Source: Batkoa obscura
Taxonomy: Eukaryota
Direction: 5' to 3'
Assembly (NCBI GenBank): GCA_030770535.1
Contig: JASVEC010000020.1
Span: 1 to 64,000, forward strand
DNA length: 64,000 nucleotides
Positions 14,147 to 27,619 of this stretch are shown in pieces. A model generated the notes under the pieces. It was not told the origin of the DNA, made no database searches, and saw only the letters and a program-made list of their open reading frames with translations. The first letter of the stretch is position 1; every line of letters starts with the position of its first letter. Both the position numbers and the translations under genes were made by a program.

Positions 14147-15600
14147 ATGACTATTTCAACTCCAACGATTATTTCTATCTCTCTTACTTCTGCTTATTTA
14201 CTATATGTAGTAAGCAAAAAAAATGAATTTTTTCCTTGGTATTCAAGAATATTTGGACTATTTAAACCAACGTATAAGATCAAGGGTGACGTAGATGAAG
14301 AATTTAAAGATGTACAAGATATTTTCAAGAAAGCTTTTTTAAATGGTGAAGAAGTAGGCTCCTCAGTTTCAGTTTATTCAAACGGTAAGCTTAAAGTTGA
14401 GCTATATGGCGGATATGCAAATTTTGAGAACGGAGAAGAGTATACTTCAAATACTCTTAACTTGGTATATTCTAGCTCAAAATTTATGGTAATAATTACA
14501 CATTTATGTATTAAAAACACAATAACATCTTTATAGGCTACTTGCGTAATAGCAAGATTGGTGGATCAAGGATTATTAACTTATGATCAAAAAGTGGTTG
14601 AAATTTGGCCTGAATTCGGTAAAAGCGGAAAAGAACAAGTAACTATTTCAGATGTATTAAAACATGAAGCTGGGATACCTTATTTTGATGACCCTCAACC
14701 ATCTTTAGAAGAAGTATATGATCATAAAAAATTAAAATTAGTTTTGGAAAATCAGAGACATGTATTTGATGGAGAAAGAGTTCGATGCTATCATGGCGTT
14801 ACAAGAGGGTTAATTTTGAATGAAATATCTCGCTTAGTTGACCCACAACATCGCTCTATTGGACAGATTTATAGACAAGAAATAAATAAAGAGTTTGATA
14901 TGGAATTTTATCTTGGATTAAATAGCCCTCAATTAGAAAGAAGAGCTAAATGGTATATGCCATCGATAGTCGATTTATTAGCTTCTTTATTTTTACCTAA
15001 AGTGTTAGTTGGGAATAAAGCTGTCAAAATAGATAAAAGAGTAGGAGGAAGCAACTCAAATATGAGTAAAGTTAATAAATTTAAGTATTCTAAAGATAAA
15101 GATATACCAAACGCAACAGACTGGCATAAGATTGAATTGCCAAGTATAAATGGATTTACTAATTCAAAAACAGTAATCACTATAATAGTAATCAAAGCAC
15201 TAACTTGTTAATTAATTTTATAATCTTTTAGCTGGCTAAAATGGCAAATATTTTTGCAAACCGTGGTAAACTTGATGATAAAGTATTTATATCAAAAGAA
15301 ACTTTTATTACAGCTATGAGCGAACAAACAAAAGCTTTAGATCAAGCCGTTTATTTAGACTTTATTTTAACTAAAGGGGGATTTGGGATATTTACTTTCG
15401 ACCAGCTTAAAGATGAAAAAGGCGAAAATATACCCTTCTATGGCTGGGGAGGCTTTGGTGGCTCAATAGTTGTCTTTAACCCGGACTATAACTTTTCTTT
15501 TGCATACGTTACAAATGGCTGTCAACTTGAAATGTTTGGGGAAGGAAGGGGCTCTAAGCTTATTATACCAGCTTTTAAAAGCCATTTGAAAACTATTTAG
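14147..15600 (+). CDS. Beta-lactamase-related (class C-like) serine hydrolase, 2 introns
   Basis: N-terminal anchor, SxxK motif (YSSSKF), WPEFGKSGKEQVT, HEAG, YHGVTRG, GWGGFGGS. Confidence 0.88.
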
Positions 15601-15602
15601 CG

Positions 15603-15704
15603 TATAGGGCTGTCTTTTGTTTCACCACTTTTTCCATCTTTTAAACGCTATTTAAGTGGAAAAGCTATTAGTAAAATTCTCAAACAAAAAATACATTCCT
15701 ATAT
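15603..15704. mobile_element. MITE-like copy starting 2 bp after the hydrolase stop codon
   Basis: Family consensus in reverse orientation. Confidence 0.8.
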
Positions 15705-15885
15705 TAAAGTAACATTATTATTATACCCTTAAATTGATACTTGATCTTAATTTTATTATATTATATAGTCATATATGGTTTAATGTAACAAACACAAAAC
15801 TACTTGAGTTATTAGTAATGATAAAATTAAAATAAAAAACACTATTTCTTTTGTGAATTTTAATATTTAGGATAAAATACTATAG

Positions 15886-16794
15886 CTAACTAGATACTTT
15901 AGGAACATGACCAGAAGAATTTAAATCATGTATAAGATCTTTAAGACGATTAATATCTTTAACATTAGCATTATTTTTGGTATTGATATTATTTCCTGAA
16001 GTCAAAATAGTTGAAACCAAATCCCATTCAGATTTACCTTGATTTACGTCTTGATCATTAGAATAAACACTATGAAATACTTAGAATTATTGAATTAAAA
16101 ATAAAGTGAATTTACCGTCCAATCTCATTAATTTTGCTCTCTTTTTTACTTTGATATTCTCTATAAAACTTATCAAGAGAGCGTTGAGCTTCCTCTTTGA
16201 TATTTTGATGTTTTTCAATTTCTCTACGATCTTTGTCTCCCAAACGATCTTGAAATTGAACTTTCCAGTTTCTAAATTTAACATTTAGTTTTATTTATTT
16301 AAGAACATTTGTAAATTACTTAACAAAATCGGATTCAATTTCTAAGTTTTGATAACTAGAACTAGGCGCTTGACTTAAACTAGAATATCTATCTGGTGAT
16401 GTTACTCCAGTAAAGTTGTTGGAAACATTGTCATTGTTTATACTGAATGAGTTTGATGGACTAAAGAGTTCATTTTGGTTATTATTTCCCTAAACATTAT
16501 TAAAACAAAAAAATTAGTAAAAAAATGTATTACCTGAGATTGAAATTTGTCTTCAGTTTTCGAAGAATTTGAAAATATATTGCTTTCGCTAAAATCGTTA
16601 TCTCCAAAGGGTAATGGCACATTTTGTGGCGAAGTATAATTATCCAAATCAATATTGGAGGTAGAAGGCATTTCGCTTGTACCAGCAATAAAATCAACAT
16701 CATCCCCTAACATTTCTTTTTCTCTTGCTAAAAAATCTGCTGCTGGGTCTTCGAATTCAAAATCATTTGTACTAAAGTCACCAAATTCTTCCAT
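15886..16794 (-). CDS. CLC1: Clathrin light chain, multi-intron
   Basis: MEEFGDF..EDPAADFLAREKEMLGDD, coiled-coil middle, SEWDLV..KDINRLKDLIHDL C-terminus. Confidence 0.85.
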
Positions 16795-17100
16795 TTTATA
16801 AATAAAAATAATTTTTCTTGCTGTAATCGTTTTCTGTAAATATTGTTGTTGTTTACTAAGTCTTTTAACCAATCACATTCGAACTTGTAATGTATAAAAA
16901 CCTGTCATAATTTAAATCATAATAATTAAAAAATATTGTATCAGGACTTATTAGTATATTATATATGTTGCGATGTTTTTATTGAACTAAACTTAAACAA
17001 CTATACATTAATTTTATTAGTATCCATGGATTGATATTTATACTCATGTGGTATTCACATTTGTAAATAAGGTAATTAAAGATAAAGATTCTTAAATATC

Positions 17101-17447
17101 TATAAGGGGATGTGTTTTTTTGTTTAAGAATTTTACTAACAATCTTTCCGCTTAAATAGCGCTTAAAAATGGAAAAAGTAATGAAGTCAAAAAAAACATT
17201 TTTATTGTCAAACTATGGTTTTTCAATATCATAGTTCTCTATTGCTTTGAATAATAAATGTGACCATAGTTTTTAATAAAGAATTATTTTAAATTTCATA
17301 TATGAGAAACGGACAAAGTACTAGAACAGAAAACATTTTTATATATGAGGCTGTTTTTTTGGTTTCATTACTTTTTCCATTTTTTAAGCACTATTTAAGC
17401 GGAAAGATTGTTAGTAAAATTCTTAAACAAACAAATAATATTCATAT
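17101..17447. mobile_element. Inverted pair of MITE-like copies (17101-17205 and 17343-17447)
   Basis: Family consensus; identical ~39-bp inverted core containing the variant AATCTTTCCGCTTAAATAG. Confidence 0.85.
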
Positions 17448-18613
17448 ATTATTACTATTTTGATACTATTCTTCGCTTTATGAGCAACTTCTTATAATAG
17501 GTAATAGTTTTAAATAGTGAAGTTGTTTAAAATAATAAAAAACATTTTAAAATTTCAGTTTATCTTCAAACTGAAAAGTTTCAGGTCACATTTGATTTTT
17601 TTTCTTTTAAATATAAGTAGGACTATATTTATATCAAAATTAATTAATCATTGATATGTTTTTTAAGAAAACAAAATATTTAAAAAATGAAACTAGAACT
17701 GCAAAGTCATATTTAAATGCTATCTTATTTTATTAAAAATTATCATTTATGTTTAAACATTTAACCTATTCAACTTATATAATCTTAGATGTCATAAATG
17801 ATAACAAGTTTTAGCTATTAATACTGATGTTTATTGAATGAAAATACTTAGATAGTAAAGTTTGGGGATTTGACTATTATGATAAATTATATTAAACTTT
17901 CTCCAATATTATTTTAAGCATGATTTGGTAGAAATTAATTTATAATAATAATGGCTGCATAGAAAATGAATATAGATGATTCAATAGCGAAATTGAAATA
18001 AATCTAGAGATGAGAGATTAAAGCTTTATGGATTCCAAATTTTAAGGGTTTCTAAAACCAAAAATATAACTACTTTTTATCCCATAAAAATTTTAATTTT
18101 TACTATTTCAAGTTACACTAAATTATGCTAGAAGATTAATCACCATTTAAAAAGATTGACCATATGCAAATTGTTTAAAAGTTGAACTAAGGAAACTTGG
18201 CAGTAGCAAATTAGCGATAATAACAATAATAACAAACGGTGTTTAATAAATAACAATATGAACAATTGAAGGTTAAATGAGAATGAAATAAATATATATA
18301 TTTTAAATTAAAAAGTGGATTTTTTACCGCCTAAATTTTATTCTATTTCTAGCATCTATACTTTATTTAGACAAAACCTAAACTTCACCTCTTGAAATTT
18401 ATGCATAAACAGTGGATTTAATTGTTAAGACTAACTTTGCTTTAAGCCCCACAATGTGTTCAATTTAAATGGAAGTTGAGATAATCTTAGGGGTAAAATA
18501 AGTGATGATGAACTATATGCTTACCATTTCAATGGTATATAAATACCAGCTTTGGTTCCCTGTACAAATATTATAATTTCGATATACCCAAATTATTTAC
18601 TTAATTAAACATA

Positions 18614-19576
18614 ATGAAATATACTTTGAGCAAAACTTTTATTTCCCTTAATCTTATTGCCACTTACCTTGCACATGTTGAGATGCAAAGTCCCCCACCA
18701 CGTAAATCTCAATTTAATAAAGGCTATGGCCAAGCTCCGGACTTTGATATGAACTCGCCTTTGGGTGCTTTTCCTTGTAAAGGTTACGGCAAAGGACCTT
18801 CTGTTCAAAGTGTAAGCGCTGGGAGCCCAATCCAAGTAAAATTACTAGGAGAAGCTAGTCATAATGGTGGACACTGTCAGTTTTCATTGTCATATGATAA
18901 CGGAGCTACTTTTGTTGTAATTAAAACAATAATGTCTGAGTGTTTACGTGCAGATGGCTATGATTATAATGTTCAAATTCCTAAAGAGGCACCAAACGGC
19001 GATGTAATTTTTGCCTGGAGTTGGGTTAATCGCACTGGTAATAGAGAATACTACATGAACTGTGCAGATATTACAATTACGGGATCAAGTTCAAATAGCT
19101 TGAGTGGACCTAAATTACTTGTTGCTAATATACCAGGATATCCAACTATTCCTGAATTTACCGACGGAGGTTATGATGGTTCTGATCTATACTCAAAATG
19201 CCCAAAAGTGGCTGTAAATGGAAGCGGTGCTTCTTCTCAAAATTCAACTGCCACATATCAATCCTCATCACGAAACAGTTATTCTTCTCAACATCTACCA
19301 CAAAGTGGCTATTCTTCCCAAACTCCTCCACAAAATAGCTCCTCCTCTCCTCAGTCTTCACCACAAAACGAGTACGCTTATGACAACTCTTCACCAAAGA
19401 ATAACTACTCAGTTTCACAACCATCACCTCAAAGTATTGCTTACACAGCTACTCCAATAGCACCAAGCACTAACAGCTATGCTACTACACCAACTCAAGG
19501 ATATGCGCAAGTTAATATCCCTTCAGGCGCAGTTGATTACAACACTATTTCATATCCACCATACAAAGGTAACTAA
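18614..19576 (+). CDS. Secreted AA11-like LPMO paralog with Ser/Gln/Pro/Tyr-rich tail
   Basis: Signal peptide then HVEMQSPPP; HNGGHCQFSLSYD; WSWVNRTGNREYYMNCADI. Confidence 0.82.
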   Translation: MKYTLSKTFISLNLIATYLAHVEMQSPPPRKSQFNKGYGQAPDFDMNSPLGAFPCKGYGKGPSVQSVSAGSPIQVKLLGEASHNGGHCQFSLSYDNGATFVVIKTIMSECLRADGYDYNVQIPKEAPNGDVIFAWSWVNRTGNREYYMNCADITITGSSSNSLSGPKLLVANIPGYPTIPEFTDGGYDGSDLYSKCPKVAVNGSGASSQNSTATYQSSSRNSYSSQHLPQSGYSSQTPPQNSSSSPQSSPQNEYAYDNSSPKNNYSVSQPSPQSIAYTATPIAPSTNSYATTPTQGYAQVNIPSGAVDYNTISYPPYKGN

Positions 19577-19877
19577 TTCTAGTTCACTGAGGTAGCAGAT
19601 GTAATGTGAAAAATGCCATGAAATAATATAATCATTGTACTATAGTAAAAGTTTGTATTTAAGGCAGGTTCTTAAATTCAGAAATAAATATTATCATTTA
19701 TAATTTTATTACACTTTTTCGTTATTAACATTATTGCTTTATTTTAATTTTATGATATTCTAATGCTTTTATCTTAATGAATAATTATTTCAATGAAAAA
19801 AATATGCATTTCGGCTTAAAAATTATTTGTAATGACTTTAGTTTAAAGATCAAAACTTCTTTCTTAATTATAACAAA

Positions 19878-21750
19878 ATGGAATCAGAATTAAATGAAAA
19901 GGAACACGTTGAATATCTCTTAAATGAGTTACTAAAGCTTACTCCGGAAATGAAGAAATATTTGTAAGCTTTTTAAACTGATACTTACATTTTAATTTAA
20001 TTAAACATACTAAAGTTATAGTAAGCTATGGAATGATATGAGCTCATATGATTTATATTTAATTCAAAACCAACTTGATCCCTTAAATAAAATCAAGTTA
20101 GAAGATAAGGAAATTTTAAAAAACCATAAAGGGTACAATCCCGTTGATATTGTTAATAAGCGGGCAAGGTTTGACATTCTATATGAGTTATCAAACTTTC
20201 CACATATATTAGATGCAATACTTTCTCAATTTAATTTAAAGGAATTACTAGTATTAAAAATGGTTTCAAAATCTTGGAAAAACTTTATATTAGATGAGGT
20301 TATGGCTTATAAAAGATTAAAATTTATATACTCAAATTTAGTACTATTAAATAAAGACCAAATAGACTCAAATAATAATATTATTCAGTACTATCCAACA
20401 TTTTCATACAATGATTCTTTATTACACTATTTTAAATCTCAAAAAACATTTTATAATAACCCAACTATAGAATCCCGCATATTATTAACTACAGATACTA
20501 TTAATACTAATAAAGATAACGTCTTATTCATAAAGTTTATCTTCCCATATATAGTAGTTGTAACTAAAAAATATAATGGTTGTGGCGTCATTATTTGGAA
20601 AAGCAATTTGGAATATCCAGCAGCATATAACAGTGGTTATTTACCTTTTAATTGTCCATTGCTGAGTTTTATATTTTGCAAAGAGATTACAGTAGGTTTA
20701 TCTCCAAGCTCAATAGATCTGTCACTTTTTAAAAAAGGATCCAATCCATATTTGAGCATCTATTTGGGACTATATTTAAGAGGTCATATGCCTTTAATTT
20801 TACATGTCAATCTAAGCAGTTGGGAATACAAATTAATTCCTAACAAAAGTAGTTACAAAACTACATTTTCAGTTATTTCATTAATTTATGTTGATTTCTT
20901 TGAGTTTTTAGTATTAGGAAATTCGGAGGGCAGTATATCAATTTATCATACGATAGAAATGAATTTATTGAATAATGTTATAATAGACAATAAAAGAAAT
21001 CCGGTAATAACTTTCAAACTAAAAGTTAACATTACTAAATAAAAAACATTTTAAACCTAGATAATAAGCATTGAAATCATCGACCATGATCATATTTTAG
21101 CAGTTTCGAGCTCTGGTATTGTGAAACTCCTTAAAGTGGAAGTTACAAACTCTTATGTTATACATAGTTCCAATAATGAAAGTTCATTTAACTATATTAC
21201 GCCCCAATTAAGTATGGAAACGGTTTTTGACTTTAGTATTACACCTTCAACAATGTATCCAAATGAAGGAATTAATCTTCATAAATCTATTTACAAATCG
21301 TTTAACCTTATACTTACGTCAGCATCCCATATTTATTATATAATTATTATCCCATGTGATACCAAAACTTATGCTTTAAGATTAATCCATGATCAGCCAT
21401 TACCATTTACACCCGCATCACTAGACTTTACAATCCAACCCCTATCGTTTTATTTATTGAAACAAAATGTAATAATTTCAATAGATATAGCAAACCTAAG
21501 GGAGTCTGAGCGAAAAGTTCCGATCTTCGGAATCATGCTATCTAATAGCATTAGTTCATCTCCATGTCTTATCGTGCTAAACTTAAAAAAGAACTCTAAT
21601 AATGACTTTATATTGGAAAATAAAGAAGTAAAAGGGGTACTTACCAAACATACAAGGGTTGGTATTATGAAATGTCTAGGGCCAGATTTATTAGCAGTTT
21701 CAGACAAACATGGTTTATTATGGCTTATGAGAATAACAGAAATAAACTAA
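19878..21750 (+). CDS. F-box protein with a probable beta-propeller-like C-terminus, 2 introns
   Basis: FDILYELSNFPHILDAILSQFNLKELLVLKMVSKSWK F-box-like motif; introns ~19964-20022 and 21004-21060. Confidence 0.65.
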
Positions 21751-21891
21751 AGAGCATATTTTAAACAAAAACTCAAATTTTGCAAACACTTTCATAAAGT
21801 AAATTATTTTATAGAATATTTTTATCTTTGGTGTTGATAATAATAGGATTAAACTTAACATTTTAGATTTTCACTTTATCAATATAGACGA

Positions 21892-23698
21892 ATGTCAACT
21901 ACTCTCAAGAAAAACAACAATTTAAAAAAGAAAAATAATAACAAAAATAAAATTAATGACAGTAATAATGCAAATACGCTGTTGAATCTAAGTAATGAAG
22001 ATGGCTCAAAAAGTAAAAGGGATTTAGATAATGGAAGTGATAACTGGAGGACAAATAGGTTACCAAATTCCAATTTAGAAAACGATGTCAATAAGTTACT
22101 TAATTTAAATAATAAAGAAAATTTCGAAAAGAAGAAAAGCAGTAAACCAAAGAGAGAAGTGTTATTAGGATATATAGATGATTCAACTGAGCAACAACAT
22201 TTGGATCCTTTTACTTCCAAACTAGGAGGAAAACCGGTATGATAATCTATTTATCATTTAAAGTGTATTTATTAAATATGTTTTAAAAGGATTGGATAAC
22301 CAAAATGCCGCTTAAATTTGATGAGTATGGTAAATGCAAGCACTGTCTCAATTCAATGTGTTTCGTTACTCAACTTTACGCACCGTTAATGAATTCACCC
22401 TATGATCGCACATTATATGTATTTGCTTGTATTGAGCCAAAATGCGCCGGAAAGATGGAAAGGTAAATCTCAAGGTGTTTAAAATTAAGTTTTTAATTAA
22501 ATTATTAGTATTAAGATCTTGAGAGGCATGAAATTAAATAAAGAGTATTCAGAAATCCTTACAAAGAAAAAGAAAAAGAAAGACAGCACTAAATCGATTA
22601 ATAAAAACAAACCCAACATCGTAAGTTGTTTTATAATTCATTAATGACAACTAATATATTCAAAGAGTTTTGGCGATGTTTGGGGTAAAAATGTTAATTT
22701 ATCAAACGAAAAAGATGATAGAGTAATGGAGGAGTTGAATGTAAATATGGAAAACCTTTTGATCGACAATAATAAAGTAAAAATTAACAATATCTATAAA
22801 TACCTATATTTATTAACACTTTCCAGAAAGAAATAACAAAAAATAATGAAAACTTAGAATTAGATGGTAAATATATCTAACTATTCAGTAAACATATATA
22901 TTAATCTCAAATAAAGATCATTCTGAAGATTGGTTCAACAATCTGTTATTATTACCAAGTTATTATATTGCAACTGAAGAGGAGTATATTGATTTAGGAT
23001 TGGGCAACGAAGGTATCGAGGAAGATATATTAAACGATGATTTGGTAAAAAAATATAAGAATCTTATTGAGCAATTTCAAAATAATCCAAACATTGAGAA
23101 TGAAGAGCAAGAAGAAGAAATTACTTGGTCAGGCGAACAATACGAGAAATCTGTTAAATTAGTTGGAGCAGATAAAACCTTTTTGAAATTTTCTGCTAGG
23201 ATTTCAAAAAATCCAGAACAGATACTAAGGTATTATATAGCGTTGTCATCTTATATCATACTATAAATAATATATAGTTATTTGACATTTATTAACTTTT
23301 GTAATAAAACTAGATACGATCTTGGTGGTGACCCACTATTGTATACACGCGTAGGTCAAGCGGCCGATTTACTTTTAGGCATTCCGAGTAACTTTAAAGG
23401 GAGTATTAAAAGAAATAAGTTGCCTATTATTTTAGATAACCTTGAAAAATGCTCAAGTTGTGGTGCAAATAGAGTGTTTGAGTTTCAACTTATGCCAAAC
23501 ATCTTAAGTAGTCTACCTTTTGATGATATTAGCAACAAGAATATAGAGCAAAACCAAACCTTAACTGAAAAGGAGGCAATATTGAATTCATCTTCATGGG
23601 AATTTGGTACAATCTTGATCTTCACCTGTAAAAACAATTGTTTGCCTAAAAACGGAGGATATACGAGTGAGTTGGGTTTGATTCAATTAGAGCCTTAA
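21892..23698 (+). CDS. TSR4: PDCD2-like / Tsr4 protein, multi-intron
   Basis: SKLGGKP|DW, QLYAP..YDRTLYVFAC, NPEQILR|YDLGG.PL, CSSCGANRVFEFQLMP, WEFGTILIFTC. Confidence 0.85.
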
Positions 23699-24038
23699 TA
23701 AAATAGAACATTTGACTAATACTTTTGTTACTTTTTATTAGAAAAATAACTATTAGTCTTTAAAAATTGTTTAAAGTTTTAGTGAAAAAGTTAAAGCCAA
23801 ATTTGTAATATTACACATTGCATTAAACTACGCTATATTTTTATCGTTTTGAAATAAACTTGTAATATTTATAGTTAATACATACTGTAAAAATAACTTC
23901 ATTGTCTCTACCTAAAAGTATAAATTATATTCTAGGCATACTAAAAAATGATAGTTTAAAATTTAAATAACTTTATTTATAGATTTATTTTTCATGATTA
24001 AGTTAGAATTACAAATAGATAAGTATGGTCAGTTTGGT

Positions 24039-24353
<315 letters not shown>

Positions 24354-25942
24354 TTATTAAATTTGAATTTTAGATTTGAGAGGAAATTAAACTCATTTTA
24401 TACTTTTTAGCCGATTTAAATTTTCAATTTGAAATCAAAAGCTTTGAAAAAAATCATTTATATTTTCTATTTTTAGTAATTCATATTTTTTTAATTGAAA
24501 AAAACGCGTAAATTTGAATTGAATTAAATTATGGCGTTTTCATTTTATTGGCTATATACTTTTAGCGAATCATCAACTTTGAAGTCAACTCCCTGATTTA
24601 ATTTTTGTCAAAATTTACAATTTAGAGTTTCTGTATACCAATAAAAAGGCTTCTATATTCACTCGTCCAATAACTTTCCACTATAGTATAGCATTTTCAA
24701 AAATTGTTAAAAATCTAAAAGCAAAATTCCATCCAAATGATGCCCCCAATTTAATTTAATAAAATATCACATCACAATTTATAGTTTAACTGTTATTTTT
24801 CAAAATTATTATCAACTTACAACCCAAAGCTTCAATTTATAGCTGAAGCCAAAATTAATATTTGACTAACAATAACCTAACTACTTTAGTAACATGAGTG
24901 AGTTATGTCCACAGAATCTTTGTAGATCAGAATAAATTATGGTAAGGATTGCTTACATATAATTAAATCAATCAAATTAACTCTTTAGGTTTCAAATTTT
25001 TCGAAAATTTTTGATCTAATTGACATAAAATTGATCAAATTATATCCAATCAAATATAATACTTTAGAATTCTACACCCAAAGGGCTAATTCAATTGAAG
25101 TTTAATATATTTTTCAAAAAAAATTTAACTTGTAATAGTCTTATTTATTTCAATATCCTATCCATTTTTATGAGACGTAAAAATTTAACAAATCCTCAAG
25201 AGAATTAGCAAAGAAAACCTCAAAAGCATAGTAAAGCAGGCAACATTTTCAAGCCACCACACAGTTGCCTTAGAAAAGATTTGAGTAAATTGTTGTAAAA
25301 TTTCTTCAACCCTTATGCTTTTACTTTTGTTTTCAGTATTATTTATCTAAAACTGTTTTTTTATGATTGAACTACACCAACTACATCAATATTTTAAAGT
25401 ATAGTTGAAAAAAAGAGTGAGCAAAATTTAAAATATTACAACAGTTTTTAATTTGAAATAGCTGTAATGGGTTAATACTGTACTAAGCGAATTGAATAAG
25501 AATAGATTTAAGTACTTTTAAAAATTAAGATACTACAAGTTAAACAAGTATACTCTTTGTAGACTTATGTATTTCAAAAGTAAACAATTAAATAAACATA
25601 TTTAATGGGCAATTAAACTAATAACAACAATAGAAAATACAATTACATTTTAAATTAAATACAATTCCCAGAAACAAATTTATTAAAATCGGTTAAAATT
25701 AGGAAAGAAAGGGTTCTGGAAGAAGTGAGGTTAAACATAGCAAACGTACTTTTTTAGGGAGTAATATCTATAAAGTTTAAGCTTAAACAAAATAGTGCAG
25801 AATAAAATTATACCTTAGTTTTATATAATAGAATTATATAAGATGAAAAATGGAATTAAATAACTCATTATTCACAAATATAAATTTTAAATGGCCTTCA
25901 AAATGAACTTATATTCATTTTAGCCTATACGGGTTAGAAAAC

Positions 25943-27619
25943 TTAAAATTGATATCCTCCCTGTGGAAGATTACTTTCAGTATCAAAGCCAAATTGTCCA
26001 GTTGATTCATCAATAGTATCGTCCATCATACCATCATCTTCAAAGTCTTCGTCGCCAAAGTAAGTTTCAAGAATACTTGTTGCTTTCTGGAAAATATCTT
26101 CTGGGGCAGCATGTTGAAGTTCAATCAACCTATCAGCACATCTACATTCTTCAAAAATATTACGGTAAAGATTGTATCCATTATCAGCTCCACTCCAATG
26201 ACCAATCTTTAAAACATTATCAATACCATCTAAAGCAACTTGAATGATTTTTGGATCACCTGAGCCCAAGATATCAACTAATGGAGGTACAATACCCATT
26301 TCAACGATAGCATGCATAAGCTCAGGCTTTTGAATTAAACAGGTAGTAGCATTAGAAATGGCCCAACAAGCTTCCTTTTGAGTTTTGAAATCACCATGCT
26401 TTAATATTTCGACAAGTGGAGGAATTAATCCAGCATGAACTACCGAAGTGACTTGGGTGAGGTTACCAGCGGTGATATTAGAAATGGTCCAACATGCCTC
26501 TTTCTTAATCCCTTCTTTTTTATTTGAAAGGAGGTGAAGAAGAGCTTCTAATGCACCACAATTAATCACAACTTGAGTTTGGGTATCATCACCAGTAACA
26601 ATATTACCAATTGAACGTAAAGCTGGAGTTTGTAAAGAAGGGTTATCCTGCATTAAAAGTTCAACAAGGCGACGGGTAATACCAGTTTCAATGACACGTT
26701 GAATTTTATCATTGGAGCCATCAGTAAGATAAGACAAACCCCAGCAGGCATCAGTTACAATTTCTAAATCAGAAGAGAAAACAAGTTTGGCAAGGGCATC
26801 AATAGCTGGGCTAATCATTTCCCAGGCAGGGGCAGGGTTTTTCCCACGGCAAAAGTTAGAAAGAGTCCAAGCAGCATTTCTAAGCATAGTAAGTTTATGA
26901 TCTTCTTCAAAAATACGGATAAGTGGTTGAAGAGCACCCAATCTTAACACAAAATCACGACATGCAGGGCTATCACCAGAAATGTTACCAAGTGCCCAAA
27001 CTGCCTGCTCGCGAACATCAACAACTGGGCTAGAAAGGAGTTTAATAAAAATAGGTACGGCACCAGCATCCATGACAACTGCTGTTTGTTCAGAGGTGCC
27101 TGATGCAATATTGGTCAAAGCCCAAGCTGCTTCAAACTAAAAGTTTGTTAGTACAGAAATTTTATTAAGTGTACATTTTGTTTACCTGAACAAGAGAGTT
27201 GTCAAATTCTAAAAGCTCAACAAAACGGGCAATTACACCTGCTCTAATGACCTCTTCAATTGGGGGGTTTTTTTCTTTTGAAAGTAATTTACGGAAAGAA
27301 GTGATTGCTCTCAAAACAGCTTCCATATCATTGTCATAAAGCTCGGTTACTAACTAAAACTATATTTAGCAAAGCTATAACAATATTTTAAAAATAGGCT
27401 TACCTGATTGTTAATTGGAATAAGATAGCCATCTTCATCAGAATCATCAGAGGATTCGACTGTTTGATTGAGCATATTGCGTTTCTTTAAGAGACTTTCT
27501 TCTCTTTTCTGACGACGTAAAATAATTTGATTTTCATCTCGACGACGACGAATTTCATCTGGTTTAAGATGAATATTATCTTTCAAGTTATCGGTCTTCT
27601 TGCTTCTGTCTCTATCCAT
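25943..27619 (-). CDS. SRP1: Importin alpha, 2 introns
   Basis: IBB domain ([22 protein letters not shown]) and ARM repeats ([21 protein letters not shown]). Confidence 0.96.
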
